From positions 360,716,001-360,780,000 of the forward strand of contig OZ024743.1 in assembly GCA_964016885.1 (NCBI GenBank): a DNA stretch of 64,000 nucleotides. Direction: 5' to 3'. Position 1 is the stretch's first letter, and the number at the start of each line of letters is the position of its first letter. This DNA comes from Eledone cirrhosa (lineage: Eukaryota). The notes beneath the pieces are model-generated. The model was given only the letters and a program-made list of their open reading frames with translations, did not search any database and was not told the origin of the DNA. Position numbers and translations under genes: made by a program. Shown here one piece after another: positions 52,492 through 64,000 of the stretch.

Positions 52492-53734
52492 AAGTAAAGC
52501 TACAAGAAGCACTATCGGCCAATACAAGCCAAAAACTCAGAAGAATATGGAGTATACATCTATTAAAGCTTAGGAAAGATATCAAGGAAAAGTTGGCTAA
52601 GATTAAGAGTGAGCAGTATCAAACATAGATATAGACCAAATAGCAAGGAAGTGATTAACATGTTGAACCCACATTGCAAATATTTAATAATGCAAAAACT
52701 TGAAACACAAATGGTAATATAATGCGAGAATTACAGTACGATATAGAATATAATATAATATAATAGATGGTGATAATAAAAAGCTTAATATATGTATATA
52801 TATATATATCTGTACACATTAGTACAAACACAAACTAACACTTATTAAGTATTTAAATATATATATATATATATTGTTTACAGTATAATATAATAAAGAT
52901 AAAATAAGAATAAAGATAAAAATAAAAATAAAATATAATATATAATTCCCTGTCAGTGTGCATAAACAATATAAAAACATTATAATAACATTATAATAAC
53001 AATATAATATATTGGCGTCAAAAGATATACAAAATAACATCATATATATAATTCAAGGTTTACAAATAATATAAAGTTTTACACAGGGTAAGAAAAAAAT
53101 CATATAGTACTAAATTGTGTTGAAAAAATATCTATACCATTGCAACAAATACACAGAGGTCAAGTCATTTTACATTGGCATAAATATTACCAAAATATCA
53201 CAAAATATTACAAAATATAACAGTACAGTACTTCAAATAACAGACATATATTAAAATCTATAATACGACTACATAAAAATGATATTATATAACAACGTTA
53301 ATATCAAATATCAAACAGAGTCTAAGGAAATGCTTAATATATATATTTACGTGGTTGACATACACAGACATATATTAATGAAATTACATGAATCCGACAG
53401 ACAGCGCGTGGTAGTAAAAAAAATAATAAAATAAACCGAAGATCGAAAAACAAAAACAAGTATATTTACTTAGGTGTCACAAGCGGTTAAGTAAAATAAA
53501 AAAAATAAAAATGTAAACCGGAGAATTGACTAGAAAACCTTTTTAAATTAATTAATATTAAAAGTATTTAAAATACATATTTAGTCACTTCAAAATTGGC
53601 TAGAGTTTAAGTCATCAAAAACGTATAAGTTTAAGATATTTCAATAAAATTATCAAGAATAGAGTAAAATATGCTCCGTTCAGTCGAATGACGTTATCAA
53701 ATAAAAAAATATATATATATATTTATTTATATAT

Positions 53735-53809
<75 letters not shown>

Positions 53810-53814
<5 letters not shown>

Positions 53815-54245
53815 CTAAAATTCTGAGATTGCTTGCTTGCTTCCTTGCTTATCTCTAATGTAATACTTTCAAAGGTGCGCATAATGGGAAAATAATTTTA
53901 TAGGAAGCTTACCCTGTAATGGGAATACAAATGTGTGTGTATATATATATATATGTGTGTGTGTGTATAAGTGTGTATGTGTGTCTATGACAAGTGTATA
54001 TCGATCACTGACACCCACATACATATATACACACACATACCTATATATTTATGTATATACAAACACACATTTTTATATACACTGTATATACATATACAGT
54101 CGTATATATATGGGCCTTCCAGTTTAATTTCACCTGATATACATGTCTGTGTATATTTTAATTATTTAAAAATTATTTTTGAGTGAACATAATTTGCAAA
54201 AAATATTTTTAAGTGAACATGACCCAACGGGTCACGTCGGTCTAG
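53810..54245 (+). mobile_element. Probable non-autonomous Helitron
   Basis: 3' hairpin TGACCC-aac-GGGTCA (54220-54234), then CTAG (54242-54245) followed by T; 5' end obscured by (TA)n. Confidence 0.5.
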
Positions 54246-54255
54246 TATATATATA

Positions 54256-55137
54256 AATGTAATCTGACTTTTTCGAATATTAATAATAATATTCGATTCG
54301 TTTGCAATTATACAAACAGCCTCTTACATAAGCCATGTCAGTAGAATGAGCCCTCAATTCTCGCATTTGTGTTGGCATGTAAACAGAACTGCAGACACTA
54401 ATGTTTCTGGGTAATTACCCTTTATCAGTGCAGTTTACTGCTTACCTACCAACTATCAGAGCTAGTGAAAATATATGATATTTTCTGAAATATACTGTGA
54501 CTGATCGTCCTGATTTGCACATTAGTCAACTGGCTGATCTGTCAGATCTGCATATTAGCAGACCCATTGATCAGCCAGATATGCATATCAGCAGATAGGC
54601 CAGTCAGTTTCATGTATACGAGCGAATAATGGCCGGCTTTGCCATATTCAAATAACTAACAGCTAGTTATCGCTCCACATTGCTGAATACAATAAATGTA
54701 ATCTGAGCTTTTCGAATATTAATAATAATATTCGATTCGTTTGCAATTATGCAAAGAGCTTCTTTTATAAGCCCTGTCAGTAGAATGAGCCCCTCCTTCT
54801 CGTTCTTTTGTTGGAATGTAAACAGAACTGTAGACACTGTTTCTGCGTGATTACCCTTCAACAGTGCAATCTACAGTGGGTCTGTTAATATGCAGATCTG
54901 ACTGATCAGCCATCCTGCTAATATGTTAATTAGGCTGATCCATCAATGTATAGTTCATAAAATATATTTTTTCACTAGCACTGACATTTGGCACGAAAGC
55001 AGTAAACTGCATTGATGAAGGGTAATCACCCACAAACATTAATGTCTGCCGTTATGTTTGCATGCCAACACAGGAGCGAGAATGAGTGGCTCATTCTGCT
55101 TACATGGCTTATAAAAGAGGCTGTTTGCATAATTACA
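54256..55137. mobile_element. PLE pLTR cluster: two tandem minus copies plus one inverted copy, each with a decayed hammerhead (54387-54435 -, 54826-54869 -, 55005-55053 +)
   Basis: Consensus AACUGCA-CUGAUGA-a-GGGUaauyACCC-a-GAA-ACAuuagUGU-C-UGCAGUU; each copy has different core lesions. Confidence 0.75.
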
Positions 55138-55139
55138 TA

Positions 55140-56400
55140 CTTGTTCTCCGATATTATCGGAGCGGTCTACTGCAAATGACAGCAGAACGGGAATATTTCC
55201 CATTCTCTCCTCACTTCTGGACGTAAATACTCTCCAGCCTTTTCTGCGGAAGCTGGAGCTGTTTCAGGGCAACTCGCTCGAACCGGGATGTGGAAGGGCT
55301 ACGTTTGTATATACGGACGACATCATCGTCATAGTGTAGAACACCTCGGATATCAAGGTGGTCGGCTCCTTCTTAGAGGGATATGAAAGGTCGTCGGGAG
55401 CAACACTGAAACCGGAGCAATCGGTGAAATTTCAGCTCGGCACCTAGAGGGGTAAATACATGCTGTTTAACAACATCAGCGTACGCTGGACGAGTGGACA
55501 TGTAAATTTGCGAAGGGTCTGGGTCGGAAAACACCTCCTTGTGAGTTAGGCCTGGGACGAGGTAACGAGTAGGGGGCGACTGGCATGCAAAAATGGACGA
55601 AGAGAAAGCTAACGCGTCCGTCATTTCTTAACGCCTGATCGTCGTGCCTTGTCCCCGTTTAAATATCACAAAATTGCAACGCCTGCTCTTCAACTTTTTG
55701 TGGAAGGGAAATGTTCCATTAGTGAGCCGATCGATCCTGTACCAGCAGCCTTTAATGAAAAGGCTGGGCATGCCGTGGCTTAAAACACACAAACATGTTT
55801 AGAGGCTACGGCATCTTCAGGCATTCTTAAAAGGTGAACAGTTGTGGTCGCCATTTGTGAGAGAGAAGAGACCGTGACTAAGCACCTGGCACTGCATCAG
55901 TGGAAATTCCACTCATGTGTTCTATAGAGGATGAGTGGGAGGCAAGTGAGACGACGCTCTCGGAGAGGCTCTGGGCATCGTCGAAACTGAAACGACCAGT
56001 CTGATCCGGATGTCAGTTAAGCCGGACATTTGACAATGCTAGCGGGGACTCTCCGGTTCGAGAAAAACTCTATAAGCACGGAAGTGTAGTCAGATGGACC
56101 TGTCCGAGATGCGCATAGAGGGCCAAAACCATTCTGCACGCACACGTTCAGTGCCCATGCCTTGCGAAGCTATGTCGAACTGCAGTCATTATATCGTGTG
56201 AGAAGGATCAGGCTATATACCAAGTCCATCGTGCAGATCACACTGGCGCCAACTGTTGGCGGCGAAGGACGAACAGTTTTCCTCTGCCTTTGTTAATTTT
56301 TATTACACGATTTTATTTTAAACACCTACTGTCCCTCTCTATTGAATTGCCTCCTGTATGTGGGCATTTATGGCCAATAAAGAAATTATTATTATTATTC
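55140..56400 (+). mobile_element. Decayed Tx1/L1-clade LINE 3' part
   Basis: VYTDDIIVIV, LLFNFLWKGNVPLV, TCPRCA motifs homologous to 62338-64000; AATAAA plus (ATT)n end. Confidence 0.75.
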
Positions 56401-56679
56401 AAAAGTAGAAACAATTATTATTATTATTATTATTACACGAGGGATAATGCCACGCTATATTTGCCAATGGTAAGTCTTTTAAATTTTGTTTCTTTTTAAG
56501 CAACAATCGTAATAAAATTTCGACACAACCGATTATGTTAGACTGTGTTCTATCTGCCGAAAAAATACCTTTTTTAGTAACACTAGTGGAACGAGCGTTT
56601 AAGCCCGTTCCAAAGTGGAATTTTCTTACCATTTTCCTCCCAAATTACAAAAAATGTCCAGCTTTTTCTCTGGCAAACA

Positions 56680-59600
56680 CAATGAGTCAGATTCTTAACA
56701 GCTGCCGAAAAGAATAAAGGGAATGACACACCAGTTTTAGAAGCTGTCGATAAAGCTGCGGACAACTGTACTCCCAACGACGACAAAAGCAACAAAGACG
56801 GCAACAACAAGAACAACAACAACCAAAACATATACACAGACGTTGAAGGATTTACTACACTATCAAGCAGAACCCCACCCCCACCACCTCTGCCGCCAAC
56901 GACAACGATAGTGACAAAAAACAACAACAAGAACAACATTGCTACCAAAGGAAAAAGTCAATACAGTGCCGCAGCAAAGACAGCCGCAAGTAACAAGGTC
57001 GACTTAGCTACCTTCAGAGAAATAAAGAAACGGCAGCAAAGTACGACTAGCAGTGCCGGAGGAGATAATTGCCAATGTACATAAACGTAAAATTATTTAT
57101 AAATGCATAGATCTCTGCAGAAAACGTCGGGAGCGACCCTCTATGCAGGAAACGAAACATATATTAAGTGAAATATGGAAAAATAAACCTTTGTCTCGAG
57201 AGGAAGAGATTACGGAACGTTAGAGTGAGAATTTCCTGCTGATCCCAACATACACGGGCAAAAATGTAATAAAAGTTACAAGAACAAATTTTCCGCCCGA
57301 GATAGAAAATACCCTGGCTAGTAGAACCCATACTAGAGGACGAAGAGGAAATTGAAAACGTCCTCCCAATTCAAACATCATGCCAGGAGACCTGAAGCGG
57401 TTTTGTGATTGAGTCTCGGCTCCAAATGAATCCGGAAAAGCTAAGAAAGATTCCTAATATCATCGAGCTGCCAAATGGCACATAACTGTTCATAGCTGTA
57501 GAAGGGAGGCGGCCTCGATGTCATATCTCAAGTGAAAACACTCATCTTACCCTAAGCAAGGAATAAAAGAATGTAAATATGCACTATTACCAACACCCAA
57601 ACTGCAGCAACAACAACACCAACAAAAGCAAAAATATCTACAACGACAGCAAGAAAACGACAGAGACTGATGCTGCAGCACCACCACCAACATCAACATC
57701 CATGTGCGTGGAAAACATGCCCCTACCCGACGTCACACAATTGGATACAAATTCTGACGAAGGTAAAATGTGGAAAACCGTCTTTCACTACAAGAAGAGA
57801 AAAAAACTCTCTGACATCACCCTCTAAAAAAGAAGAAAAAAAAGCTAAATCCTTGAGACAACACCTACACCACCAACACCACCACCACCATCACCATCAC
57901 CAGCAACCGCACAACATACACATCAGGCACCCAAAACATCCCAAATACAACCAAATTCACATCCACGACAACAAAAAGAAATCCAACAGAGATTACAACC
58001 TGCACACTATACAGCAAATAAACCTGAACTACCAAAATGGAATCAACTACATACAACATAACACAGGCATTTCAGAAATAAATCACATAACACCCCCAAA
58101 AAATTCACACGACCCACACACATAAAAATCATAAACATAGATAAAAAAACGTACACAAATTTAAAAACGGAATTCCCCGAGACAGTTGGGAATTCTGAAG
58201 GGCACTCTCCAGAAGGATATATGCAGACATACTTGCAAACGAACCCTTATCTCACTAGCGGGACGGAACAACCATCTTTTCCCCCCAAAGACTAAGGTAG
58301 GTGGCTTTCCCACTTTTTCCTCATCCAACATGGTTTCTTTCAAGATAGGCAGTGCAGATGCACGTGGCCTGGGATCGTCTTGTAGCAGGGTCATCGCTAA
58401 ACGACCTGAGGTCACTAAACATAGATATGGTGGTCATTGGCGAGTACAACATTTCTAACACATGACATTTTGGGGCTATGAGGTGTACCTATATCCAAGC
58501 CGTGCCGGATCTGGGGGCGGAGTCTGGATCTTGCAATACGGACGATCTTCCTGGATCCAGAAGGTAAGTTGATTTGTGTTGGACGTGACCAGCAGCGAAA
58601 GCTATGCTTTCAGTCTAGTGGCTGCTTGTGCCCCGAGAAGTCGATTACATATATCATAAATTTGTATTCTGTGCGGTCAATCTAGATAGGCTTTATAAAC
58701 AGGGAGCTGGGTACTGGCAGCTAAATGCGTCATTCCCTGCGCGCAAAGACTGTAGAAGCTGGATCAGTGGACTTAGAGCAGAATCGGTAAGGTTTAGTAA
58801 GTCTGAAATGATTGAGAAAACTAGAGTAGACAGAGATCTAGTTAGAAAACTAGAAGAGCCACTTACTCAAGGCATCACAGCCAACGTGCTCGCGGCGATG
58901 TTGGCCCTGGGTCAATCCTTCAATGCTAAGCACAAAGGCTACATTGTCAGAGCAAAAGCGCAGGATCTTACACACCAGGTGACAAAAACCGTTCAATGGG
59001 CCCGAGTGGTGGAGGCGAGGCGTCGCAACAAAGCCATAATGCGATCTTTCGAGGACCACGACGGGCGCGTGCTACTTAACCCCAAGCAGATATGGGAGGT
59101 CTTTCAGCAACACTTCACTCAAATGATCGGGAGTGGTGGCTGGTCGGACCGAGGGATGGATTTCAGAGCCTACTTCGATGGCCTACCACAGTTCTTGGCA
59201 AGTAAGGCGGAGTTTTGCGAAAGACCGATAACAGCCGAGGAAATATGGGACGCAATGGCAAGCTACACGAGGAGCAAATCGCCTGGCTTAGATTGTCTAC
59301 CCTATAAGCTTTAAACAAACATGCCAGACTTGTTCGGTGACATCTTAGCGGATGTCTACACCAACTGGCAGCAGAACGGGAGAGTTCTATACGTCGAGGG
59401 ATGGTGGCGCTGCTGAGAAAAGAGGAAAACAAAGGGGACCATATAAACAGGCCCATAATTCTGCTAAACGCAGAGTTTAAAATTTTGGCTAAAGTGCATG
59501 CAACGAGGATGGCGCTTGTCATCGGCGATGTAGCGGAGGCGCACACATACGCCATTCTGGACAGGTTCATCCACGATATCCTCCACCTCATGCGATACAT

Positions 59601-59745
59601 CATAGAGATGGTGGTTAAAGAAGCCGACACGGGTGGGGCTTTGATTAATTTTAAATCAACCAGATGCCTTCGATATGGTCGACTATCGCTACATTGCGGC
59701 CGCCCTCGAAGCAGCAGGCTTTACACCCGTTTTCTGGAGCTGCTG
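56680..59745 (+). mobile_element. Decayed Tx1/L1-clade LINE (ORF1 remnant, APE, RT N-terminal half)
   Basis: FKIGSADARGL, GYWQLNAS, KSPGLDCLP, RPIILLNAEFKILAK; ends at a (CTT)n tract. Confidence 0.8.
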
Positions 59746-59751
59746 CTGCTG

Positions 59752-59839
59752 CTTCTTCTTCTTCTTCTTCTTCTTCTTCTTCTTCTTCTTCTTCTTCTTC
59801 TTCTTCTTCTTCTTCTTCTTCTTCTTCTTCTTCTTCTTC
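59752..59839. repeat. (CTT)n microsatellite
   Basis: Read directly. Confidence 0.98.
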
Positions 59840-62016
59840 CAATGGACGACGTATGCCTCTTCTCAAAAATATCTGCCTTGTCTTAATTTGAAATGAATGT
59901 TATCGTTGTTGTAGCTGTTATTATTGCTGTTGCCTTTGCTGTTATATTTGACGCATACATATAAAGAGACGCGCAACTTATGAACACATTTTTTCTTGAG
60001 TAGGATCTCTGTTAATGACCAACACATTTATGGTAGGAATAATAGAAAGTTTACTGAAAACCTGAAACAATTTTCACTGTATCGAAATTGACGTAATTTT
60101 CAATATATTCCTTTTGGTAACTTTGTTGTTTTGCATAAAATCAACAATCTAAATACGAGTAGATTTGTTCGTATGGAGAATTGAGTTCAAGTGTTGATTA
60201 TCGTTCTCAGAAAGTTTAATAACAAGGATAATAGAAAATAGTTGACATGATCTCATGGGTCCACCACTGAAGAAAATTGCTGTTATATTGCAATGGGCAT
60301 TAAACCATTAATGATGCATCCAATTTCGCGGGGACACATCAAGTATTGCACAGATTGATGTATTCACATACATAGTATGCTAGCTTTTCCCATTGGAAGA
60401 AATTGAATTATAGACGGAAAATAAATGGAAGTTTTTCTTTATGACTATATGATATAGTTTGCATTCAAAAATATTTACTATATTTCACTAATCACAATTT
60501 CTAACACACAATCGTTAGTTTATATACTTCATAAACACCATGTGGTGTTTCTCGGTCTGCGCAAGTCGAAAAGTGATTTGCTTTTGTTAAAGATATGTAA
60601 ATTGTATTCTCCTGGCATATATACTTCGTCTCATGATTGGAGATTCAGAGGAGAAGGTAATTTATTTTTGGCTTGAAGGTAGCAGCTGTCTCAGCGTGGT
60701 ATTATCAAATATTCCCCTCATGTGCTATGTTTACTTTATTTCATATTTCTATTTTCTATCTTGTCTTTATTCAAAGCTGCTTGTAATGTAACACTGGCAT
60801 ACAATTTGTTACACTAAATTATGTAATTGGTGAACATATTCTCACACAGTATTCCTGTATTCTTCTGCTTCAACCGAATTGTCATTTTCCGATAAAGCAT
60901 CTGAAATCAATATGGGAAATATATTCTAAATATTTGCTTAACAGACAGAGAAATATTTTTTAACCTTGAAAATGGATTTTCATTGAATTATAAGCATAAC
61001 AAAATCATGATGTATCTACCATTCTTAGTCATCTATTGTATATTACTGAATTGACAGATAATTCTTGCCAAAATGTGAAACTGAAACGAACGGCAAAATG
61101 TATTATAAATAAGTTGTATCATTCAAATAAAGTCAGCTTCTAAATCTAATATCACATTTGATTGAAAATATCAGTTGTCAATCAACTCAATGCGTTCTTA
61201 GACTTGGTAAAGTTTCCGATTAGCACATATGAATATATAGTGATATATAAAAAAATTATCCCTCTAAGCATAAAAATTGTGAACAAAAAACAATCATAAA
61301 AATAAACAAGACTTATATAAGAATATACATTACAAGAAAACATTAGTCGATATTTATGTATTCCAAATCTCACAACATGAATTTTGTAATCCCATTGATT
61401 ATATGACAATTATTGAATTTACGTCAGAAACTCATGGTTAAAGCATTCTTGTACATAACAGATTTAATCTTATTCCTTAAGTTTTTTGAATACCAAATAA
61501 AAGAAAGACTAACATCACAATGTTTGCAAAGCCTTCGAATATATTATTTAATCGTATATATTATTTAAGGTGTATTTGTTTCAAACTACGAGTTGAGTAA
61601 ATTGGTGGCCAGCAACCAAAACTGTTGCTACAACGAACTTTGAGGTGAAACAGCTAAAATAGGAATTATTTTATCAACCTTACATATCTCATTTCTTCCT
61701 TCAAATAAACCCTTTTTACAATCGCCATTTAGTGAATAAGAAAATTCTAATTAGTCCCTAGGTGTAAAGTTATTATACACTTTCAAATACTTCTGGAAAT
61801 TAGCGTATTTCTCATTCCGTCAATAAATCAAAATTCAACAATAAAAGTCGGCTTTATGAGTCACAAAGGTTCTCAATAATTTGTGTTGATTCTCACCTCA
61901 TAAGATATGTATTGTGTTATTCCGAATTCTATTTCCTTCGCCTTGTCTACCTCATATCCTACGTTGAGAACATACATTCATGAAAACATACACAGACACA
62001 CAGACGCACACACACA

Positions 62017-62099
<83 letters not shown>

Positions 62100-62115
62100 A
62101 TATATATATATATAT

Positions 62116-62285
62116 AACGAAGGAGGTGTGGTAAGGAACCCGATGGACCGTAACGCACCAGGGTACTCAATACTTAGGGTAGTAGAGTGGGTAATAGGAA
62201 AATGTTTAACCCCGTCGGCAGAGCTGAAGCCGTTTTCGAGGTCGCAACGGCTTGAGCTCTGCCGTCGGGGTTAAACATTTTTTCT
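62116..62285 (-). mobile_element. Family A element
   Basis: Reverse tail plus hairpin AAAATGTTTAACCCCGTCGGCAGAGCT..AGCTCTGCCGTCGGGGTTAAACATTTT. Confidence 0.82.
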
Positions 62286-62337
62286 ATATATTTATAGGTA
62301 GATAGATATTATAATAATAATAATAATAAAAATAATA

Positions 62338-64000
62338 ATAATGCTTTCTTTATTAACCAAAAGGATTTACATAAAGTAGACATTAAGGACAGTACAGGAC
62401 AATACAGTCGGTACAAATGGGCATTACTGCGTGTAAAAAACAAGAAACAGAGGATGTAATAATGAAAAAATTCCCCAATAGGGGGGAGACCTCCGAGGGA
62501 CATTCGTGGAGAAAGCCCATTAAAAAGCCACAGTGACCCTGACCACCAGGGCAAGTGCCCTCTCCCAGTTTTCCACCTTTAATTTACAGACACATACTCA
62601 GAGTAGGCCCATTTACTGGGGCCATTCTTGCCTCTCTCACCCATCTTTCAACAAAATGCTGGGAAGAGAACACTTCCCTTTCTACCCTGATTTTCCTTTT
62701 TAAATGAAATCTGAAAAAGTTAATCAGGGCATCACCGAAGAGGTAAGTGCTCGTCTTCAGCCCTTTCAAACGTGTCCACCATACTATCTCTTTCGCCATG
62801 GCCACCAGACAGATAAAAACTGCCTGCCCTTCCCGGCTAAAGGAAGAGGGCGGCGCAATCCTCACAATGGACTCAGCTGATAGCTGGATCCGTCCTACAC
62901 GTGACAGCAGGTGTTCGACATAAACCCACAAGTCAGCAATGCTCGGACACTGGACGAGTGCGTGCAGGACGGTTTCGTCGCCATGCGCGCATCTCGGACA
63001 TGCCCGGCTGACGGCACCTCCATGCCTGTAGAGTTTATCCAGAACTGGCAAAGCTCCTCGGTAAAACTGCCAGACCAAGGATTTCTGGAAGTTGTCCATA
63101 GGCCCCGGCCCGAAATTTCTTCCGAAGTGATTGGCTAGTTGATTTTCGTCGACGCCTAGATTTTCTCCAAGTACGTCGTCGCTCTTCACTTCCACTAATC
63201 CTCTATAGAACGCCAAGGTGGAGTTTCCACCGATCACATTGCCCGATTGATCGAGGGCTGTGACCGCCTGAAGACATTCCAGTCTCCAAGCGCTCCCTCT
63301 CGGTCTTCGCTTGACCCAGGACTGCAGCTCCGTCAATGAAACGAGCTGGGGAAATATGTGTCTAGCAAACGGCGACCACACCTGATCACCGTCGGGGAAG
63401 AGGTGGAGATGTCGTAGCCTGAGCGCGTGTCTGCGCATCATCAGCCACGGCATTCCCAGCCCTCCACGTAGCGGGTGTTTACAGCGGATGGATCGCCTGA
63501 CCATCGGAGCGCGTCCCTTCCACAAAAAGTGAAAGAGCAAACGCTCCAGCGCAGTCAGGCGGGGCTTAGGACAAGGTACGACGGTCAGGCGGTAGTAGAT
63601 GACGGACGCGATATACGCGTTAGCCACCTCCGCTCGATCTTTCAGGGATAGCTTCCCTAGGCCCATTTATGGGTGAGAGAAGCTACCCTGCTCGTCACCT
63701 CGTCCCAGTTTTTTTTTTCCGTCTGGAGGTCCGGACCGAACCAGACCCCGAGCAATTTAACCGGTCCGTCCAGCGCCCGACGACGCTGTTGGACGGCATG
63801 GGCCTTCTTCTCCAGGTGCCTAGCTGCAGGCCCACTGACGTTTCCTGGTTGAACATTGCTCCTGTCACCGCTTCGTATTCTCTTAGTGTAGTTCCGATCG
63901 CCTTGATGTGTTTGGCGTTCGACACCACTACGGTGACATCGTCCGCATATGCTGACACGGATCTTCCGCATCCTATTTCGCGCGGGACCCCCTCAACGTC
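62338..64000 (-). mobile_element. Young Tx1/L1-clade LINE ORF2 3' half (RT YADD, thumb, zinc finger) and 3' UTR; continues beyond window
   Basis: SAYADDVTVVV, KLLGVWFG, 360-aa ORF with CPRC..HALVQCP; ends in (TAA)n. Confidence 0.9.

Noticed and set aside
57752-57780. CTGACGAAGG..GGAAAACC inside LINE
   Set aside because: Stems do not pair; chance match within an ORF1 remnant
59651-59896. Poly-E/S/F/L ORFs
   Set aside because: Products of the (CTT)n repeat
60000-61900. Repeat-poor stretch possibly containing host exons
   Set aside because: No frame with a recognisable protein motif; needs RNA-seq or homology search

Overview
AT-rich eukaryotic (animal) intergenic or intronic DNA. The dense (TA)n/(CA)n/(GA)n tracts and the tRNA-derived Nin-domain SINEs suggest a cephalopod mollusc such as octopus (inference). 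I cannot support any host protein-coding gene; most listed ORFs are microsatellite translations. The window is dominated by retroelements. (1) Penelope-like elements (PLEs; RT plus C-terminal GIY-YIG, resembling the Hydra clade) inserted in (TA)n: three long copies at 22.4-26.0, 26.0-29.6 and 34.5-38.1 kb, plus fragments. (2) Many short ORF-less PLE pseudo-LTR remnants, often as inverted or tandem repeats. (3) Decayed Tx1/L1-clade and R4/Dong-clade LINEs. (4) tRNA-SINEs, a probable MITE and a probable non-autonomous Helitron. Reading by eye, I find about 20 type I hammerhead ribozyme motifs, many with non-canonical cores. The most unusual signals are a PLE terminal-repeat RNA motif carrying all three hammerhead core strands in a non-circularly permuted order (3 copies), a 9-copy palindromic family carrying only half a hammerhead, and a short motif shared by the 3' tails of otherwise unrelated PLE families. 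All RNA structure calls are manual pairings and untested.
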